NCBI GenBank assembly: GCA_045639325.1
Contig: JAZUCU010000019.1
Location: 1-64,000 of the forward strand
Length of the DNA stretch: 64,000 nt
Reading direction: 5' to 3'
Origin: Victivallales bacterium
Lineage (GTDB): Bacteria > Verrucomicrobiota > Lentisphaeria > Victivallales > UBA1829
The stretch's first letter is position 1. Each line of letters opens with the position of its first letter. Shown in pieces: positions 60,556-64,000 of the stretch. The notes under the pieces were generated by a model that saw nothing but the letters and a program-made list of their open reading frames with translations, was not told the DNA's origin and searched no databases. The position numbers and the translations under genes are program-made.

Positions 60556-61422
60556 ATGAGTATACCTGAACTTGACATGAAACGCGTTGATATCCTTGTT
60601 GACCTGGCTCTTTCCGAAGACCTGGATGAACGCGGCGACGTAACGACCAATTCCGTTATTCCGGAAAGTCTGAATGTGAAAGCCATTCTGTTGGCAAAAG
60701 AATCCCTCGTCTGCGCCGGTTTGCCGGTTGCAGAACAGGTCTTCAAAAAACTGGATCCCGCGGTTCAATTCACCGCAAAAGTCAAAGACGGCGATGCCTG
60801 CGAAAAAGGAACAGTCATGGCTGAAATCACCGGACCCGCACGCCCGATTCTGATTGGGGAACGGACCGCCTTGAACTTCCTGCAGCGTCTCTGCGGCGTT
60901 GCCACCATGTCCAACCGTTACCAGTCTCTTGCCGGCAACCGGATGCATGTTCTTGACACACGCAAGACAACTCCCGGCTGGCGTAATCTGGAAAAATATG
61001 CGGTGGCAATGGGAGGAGCCCACAATCACCGTATCGGTTTGTTTGACCGCGTGATGTTGAAGGACAATCACCGTGAACTGGCAGGTTTGGAAGGTGCCGG
61101 CGGTATTCTCCGCAGTGTGGAACGTGCCCGCGCCAAGTATCCGGATTTGGAAGTGGAAGTGGAAATCGATTCTCTCGATGAATTGGCAGAAGCCTTGGAA
61201 TCCAAAGCGGAATACATTCTGCTCGATAATATGTCAACGGAAGATATGGCGGAAGCCGTCCGCATCACCGCAGGCAGAGCAAAACTGGAAGCCAGCGGCA
61301 ATGTGACAATTGCCCGTATTGAAGAAATCGCAGCATCCGGCGTTGATTTTGTTTCTTCCGGCGCATTGACACACTCGGTCAAGTCCAGCGACATTTCTCT
61401 TGATATCATTCCGGAAAAGTAA
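60556..61422 (+). CDS. nadC: nicotinate-nucleotide diphosphorylase (carboxylating)
   Basis: LSEDL..GDVTT, GERTALNFLQRL, TRKTTPG, ILLDNM, SGALTHS. AAGGAG lies 8 nt before the ATG at 60556. Confidence 0.9.
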   Translation: MSIPELDMKRVDILVDLALSEDLDERGDVTTNSVIPESLNVKAILLAKESLVCAGLPVAEQVFKKLDPAVQFTAKVKDGDACEKGTVMAEITGPARPILIGERTALNFLQRLCGVATMSNRYQSLAGNRMHVLDTRKTTPGWRNLEKYAVAMGGAHNHRIGLFDRVMLKDNHRELAGLEGAGGILRSVERARAKYPDLEVEVEIDSLDELAEALESKAEYILLDNMSTEDMAEAVRITAGRAKLEASGNVTIARIEEIAASGVDFVSSGALTHSVKSSDISLDIIPEK

Positions 61423-61435
61423 GGAACGGTATTCT

Positions 61436-62278
61436 ATGCTTGACGACCGGGATTATATGCGTCGTCGCGGCAGGGAGGAAAACGATCCCGAAAGCGGCGG
61501 CATGCGCTGTCTGTTTATTCTGATTGTTGCCAATGTTCTGGCATTTATTCTGTTCCGGAGTCCGGAGCTGCAGTTGATGCCCCAGGAATTTCTTGCGGGG
61601 AAATATTGGACCATTGTCACAGCACTTTTTATGCATGACGGCTTGTGGCACTTGTTTTTCAATATGTTCTCGTTATACATCTTCGGGCAGATGGTTGCGC
61701 CAGTCATTGGTGCGAAACGCTTCCTGTGGCTGTATTTTGTTGCGGGGATCGGCGGCAATCTCATCTGGCTGCTTGCGAACCTGAACAGTCCTGCCGGGCT
61801 GGTCGGAGCATCGGGCGCCGTCATGGGCGTGATCATGACGGCTGCAATGATGGCACCGGATGTGGAAATGTTTCTGCTGTTCATTCCGTTCCCGATCAAG
61901 TTGCGGACGATGGCAATTGTATTTCTTGCGCTGGAAATTTTCAGTCAGATCACACAACAATATTCATCCGTTGCCTATCTTGCCCATATCGGCGGATTCT
62001 GCATCGGTTATCTGTTTACGATTCTGTTTCTGAAGCAATATATCCGCTGGGATCCGCTGCATCTTACTGGCGGCCGCAGCAATAACCGGAATCGGAACAA
62101 TCCTTACGGCTGGAAAGTGAGTGGACAGGATCCGAAACAGACAGGACCCCGCCCGGTCACGCAGCAGGAACTGGATATGCTTCTGGACAAAATATCACGG
62201 GAAGGCATCAATGCTTTGAGTGAAGAAGAAATGGCACGGCTGCGTCAGGCGCGGGAGCAGATGCGCGGCGGCAAATAA
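61436..62278 (+). CDS. rhomboid family intramembrane serine protease with C-terminal helical tail
   Basis: HLFFNM, catalytic GASGAVMG, and AHIGGF His motif. The C-terminal QQELDMLLDKISREGINALSEEEMARL motif is seen in some rhomboids. Confidence 0.85.
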   Translation: MLDDRDYMRRRGREENDPESGGMRCLFILIVANVLAFILFRSPELQLMPQEFLAGKYWTIVTALFMHDGLWHLFFNMFSLYIFGQMVAPVIGAKRFLWLYFVAGIGGNLIWLLANLNSPAGLVGASGAVMGVIMTAAMMAPDVEMFLLFIPFPIKLRTMAIVFLALEIFSQITQQYSSVAYLAHIGGFCIGYLFTILFLKQYIRWDPLHLTGGRSNNRNRNNPYGWKVSGQDPKQTGPRPVTQQELDMLLDKISREGINALSEEEMARLRQAREQMRGGK

Positions 62279-62307
62279 CCGCAAAGAAAGGTGCGGAAAA
62301 AATAAAA

Positions 62308-63630
62308 ATGGAATTGGGTACTGAATTATTTCTTGCGTGGCGATATTTCAAACCGAAACGCAATGCAGTTTCAGTCATTACACTGATCAGTATTATCGGG
62401 GTCATCCTCGGTGTTGCGGTGCTGATTGTTGTACTGGCTGTTATGACTGGGTTCACGGATCATCTGAAAGGCAAGCTGCTGGAAACGGGAGCACATGCGC
62501 AAATCCGGAAGCAGATTCGATACACGCCGCAAATGCCAGGTGGTTCCTCCGGAGTATTCACGGAAGAAGAAGCCGAAACCGTTTGCGAAGCCGTAAAGAA
62601 AAACGGCGGCGAAGGTGTCCCGGTTCTGTTGTCACCCGTTCTGCTGCAAGTCAATGATATTTTCGCACCGAAAGCCCTGATAGCCTATAATCCGTCCCAG
62701 GACATCACCAAGCGTATCCCGTTGGAAAAAGCCTTGCGATCCGGTAAGGTTTCTCTGAAAAAAGATGAAATCATGGTCAGTGACGTCATTGCCAATCAAT
62801 ACGGCTTGCGGGCGGGCGACAAAGTGCTGCTTCATTCTCCCACGCACCTCTCCCGACTGGTGGAACGGGATAAAACAACGGGGCGTTACAAGGTATCCGA
62901 ACAGGCGGAAATGTACCTGCCGGGCGAATACACCATCACCGGAACATTTTCTTTCGATAAATACGACTTTGATAAAGACATCATGTTCATGGGGCTGGAT
63001 GCAGGCGATGCCCTGTTCAATCTTGATTTCGGTTCAGCCACACATATTTACGTCTGGACTGCCGATCCGTTCAACATGGATCGTTTCACAGAAAAGCTGA
63101 TCACATCCTTATATAAGATCGACCCGTTCCTTCAGACACACACGTGGAAAGACATGCACAGCCGGATTCTCGGGGTATTGGCGGTGGAAAAGAACATGCA
63201 GTTTTTCCTGTTGATTTTCATTGTTCTGGTTGCGGCATTCAGTATCGCGAACACCTTGATTACAACCGTAATTCAGAAGACGCGGGAAATCGGGCTTTTG
63301 AAAGCCATGGGAGCCTCTTCCGCAGGAGTCATGCGCATCTTTCTGCTGCAAGGATTTTTTGTGGGCGTAGTCGGCTCCATCGGCGGCGTGCTGCTGGGCT
63401 GGCTGGTTGTGGTATACCGTATGAATATTCTGGCGGCAATGCGTTTCATCAGCGGACAGGAGATTTTCCCGAAAGAAGTATATCTTTTCCGGGAACTTCC
63501 GGCCCATATCATCTGGAGTGATGTTGCCATCATCACTTTGATTTCCATATTACTCTGCACATGCGGGGCATTGCTCCCGGCACTCCGTGCGGCATCACTT
63601 GACCCGGCAAAGGCATTGCGTTATGAATAA
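62308..63630 (+). CDS. lolE: lipoprotein-releasing ABC permease LolC/E (FtsX/MacB type)
   Basis: N-terminus FLAWRYFKPKRNAVSVITLISIIGVILGVAVLIVVLAVMTGF and a C-terminal FtsX-type 3-TM bundle. Followed by lolD. Confidence 0.85.
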   Translation: MELGTELFLAWRYFKPKRNAVSVITLISIIGVILGVAVLIVVLAVMTGFTDHLKGKLLETGAHAQIRKQIRYTPQMPGGSSGVFTEEEAETVCEAVKKNGGEGVPVLLSPVLLQVNDIFAPKALIAYNPSQDITKRIPLEKALRSGKVSLKKDEIMVSDVIANQYGLRAGDKVLLHSPTHLSRLVERDKTTGRYKVSEQAEMYLPGEYTITGTFSFDKYDFDKDIMFMGLDAGDALFNLDFGSATHIYVWTADPFNMDRFTEKLITSLYKIDPFLQTHTWKDMHSRILGVLAVEKNMQFFLLIFIVLVAAFSIANTLITTVIQKTREIGLLKAMGASSAGVMRIFLLQGFFVGVVGSIGGVLLGWLVVVYRMNILAAMRFISGQEIFPKEVYLFRELPAHIIWSDVAIITLISILLCTCGALLPALRAASLDPAKALRYE

Positions 63631-64000
63631 TGAATGTGAATTTTTTCTGAAAGCGGAAGAAATCCGCAAAAGTTTCCGGATCGGACAGGAAGAAATCTCC
63701 GTCCTGCGGTCAGTCAGCTTCCATGTCAGCAAAGGGGAATGGATTGCATTGCTCGGCGCATCCGGCAGTGGAAAAACCACACTGCTCGATATTCTGGGGT
63801 CCATCTCGAAACCCGATGCCGGCCGCGTCATTGTCAACGGCACGGATTACAATGCATTGAGTCGCGGGGGGCTGATCCGTTTCCGCCGGAAGAATGTAGG
63901 TTTTGTATTCCAGGCATATCACATATTACCGGAACTCAACATTCTGGAAAACGTGATGCTGCCCGCCATGCTGGAAGGAATGTCCCGGAAAGCGGCGAAA
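63623..64000 (+). CDS. lolD: lipoprotein-releasing ABC ATP-binding protein LolD (5' partial, continues past window)
   Basis: My translation from the ATG at 63623 gives MNNECEFFLKAEEIRKSFRIGQEEISVLRSVSFHVSKGEWIALLGASGSGKTTLLD (Walker A). It overlaps the lolE stop and has no stop codon before 64000. Confidence 0.85.
   Translation, partial: MNNECEFFLKAEEIRKSFRIGQEEISVLRSVSFHVSKGEWIALLGASGSGKTTLLDILGSISKPDAGRVIVNGTDYNALSRGGLIRFRRKNVGFVFQAYHILPELNILENVMLPAMLEGMSRKAAK

Noticed and set aside
1-64000. CRISPR arrays, rRNA, transposases/IS elements, toxin-antitoxin or known defence systems
   Set aside because: I found no regularly spaced direct repeats, no rRNA-like sequence, and no ORF with transposase, integrase, nuclease-helicase or small TA-pair features. 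Intergenic space is short and is accounted for by promoters and terminators, apart from the elements reported above.

Overview
This is about 64 kb of bacterial chromosome, roughly half G+C by eye (not computed). I call 54 protein genes (the last, lolD, runs off the window end) and one tRNA-Arg(ACG). I saw no rRNA, CRISPR array, transposase, integrase or phage genes. The two prepilin-type H-X9-D proteins, the gene content and the codon style suggest a PVC-group organism (Lentisphaerota/Victivallales-like or Kiritimatiellota-like); that placement is inference only. Housekeeping genes include mreC-mreD-mrdA, murJ, ychF, trxB, azlCD, proA, glgB, asd, ctp, yebC-ruvC, pssA, argC, rplM-rpsI, nadC, a rhomboid and lolCE/lolD. 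They are interleaved with glycan-degradation genes (GH20-like, GH78-like, PL22-like propeller, SGNH/DUF4886, GH42). The most interesting region is a 19-kb, single-strand locus at 34145-53306. About 4300 of its roughly 6200 codons encode large proteins I cannot place in a characterised family: a 906/913-aa paralogous pair, an 800-aa protein, a 1332-aa protein and two small secreted proteins. These are co-organised with two atypical pseudopilins, a BNR/Asp-box protein without a signal peptide, a Gfo/Idh/MocA oxidoreductase, a creatininase-family amidohydrolase and a GH4 enzyme. The locus has no transporter, receptor or regulator. Other observations: (1) a phosphatidylserine-decarboxylase-like protein whose autocleavage and His motifs appear replaced, translationally coupled to pssA. 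(2) A receiver-domain/Hanks-kinase fusion. (3) A PIG-L deacetylase next to a GT-C glycosyltransferase. (4) A 155-nt imperfect palindrome upstream of argC, one arm of which recurs (25/27 nt) in the rhodanese leader. (5) Four helically phased TACGGAG repeats. (6) Very long codon-aligned antisense open frames, which I attribute to avoidance of TTA/CTA/TCA codons rather than to real genes. All functional calls come from motif recognition by eye; no searches were run.
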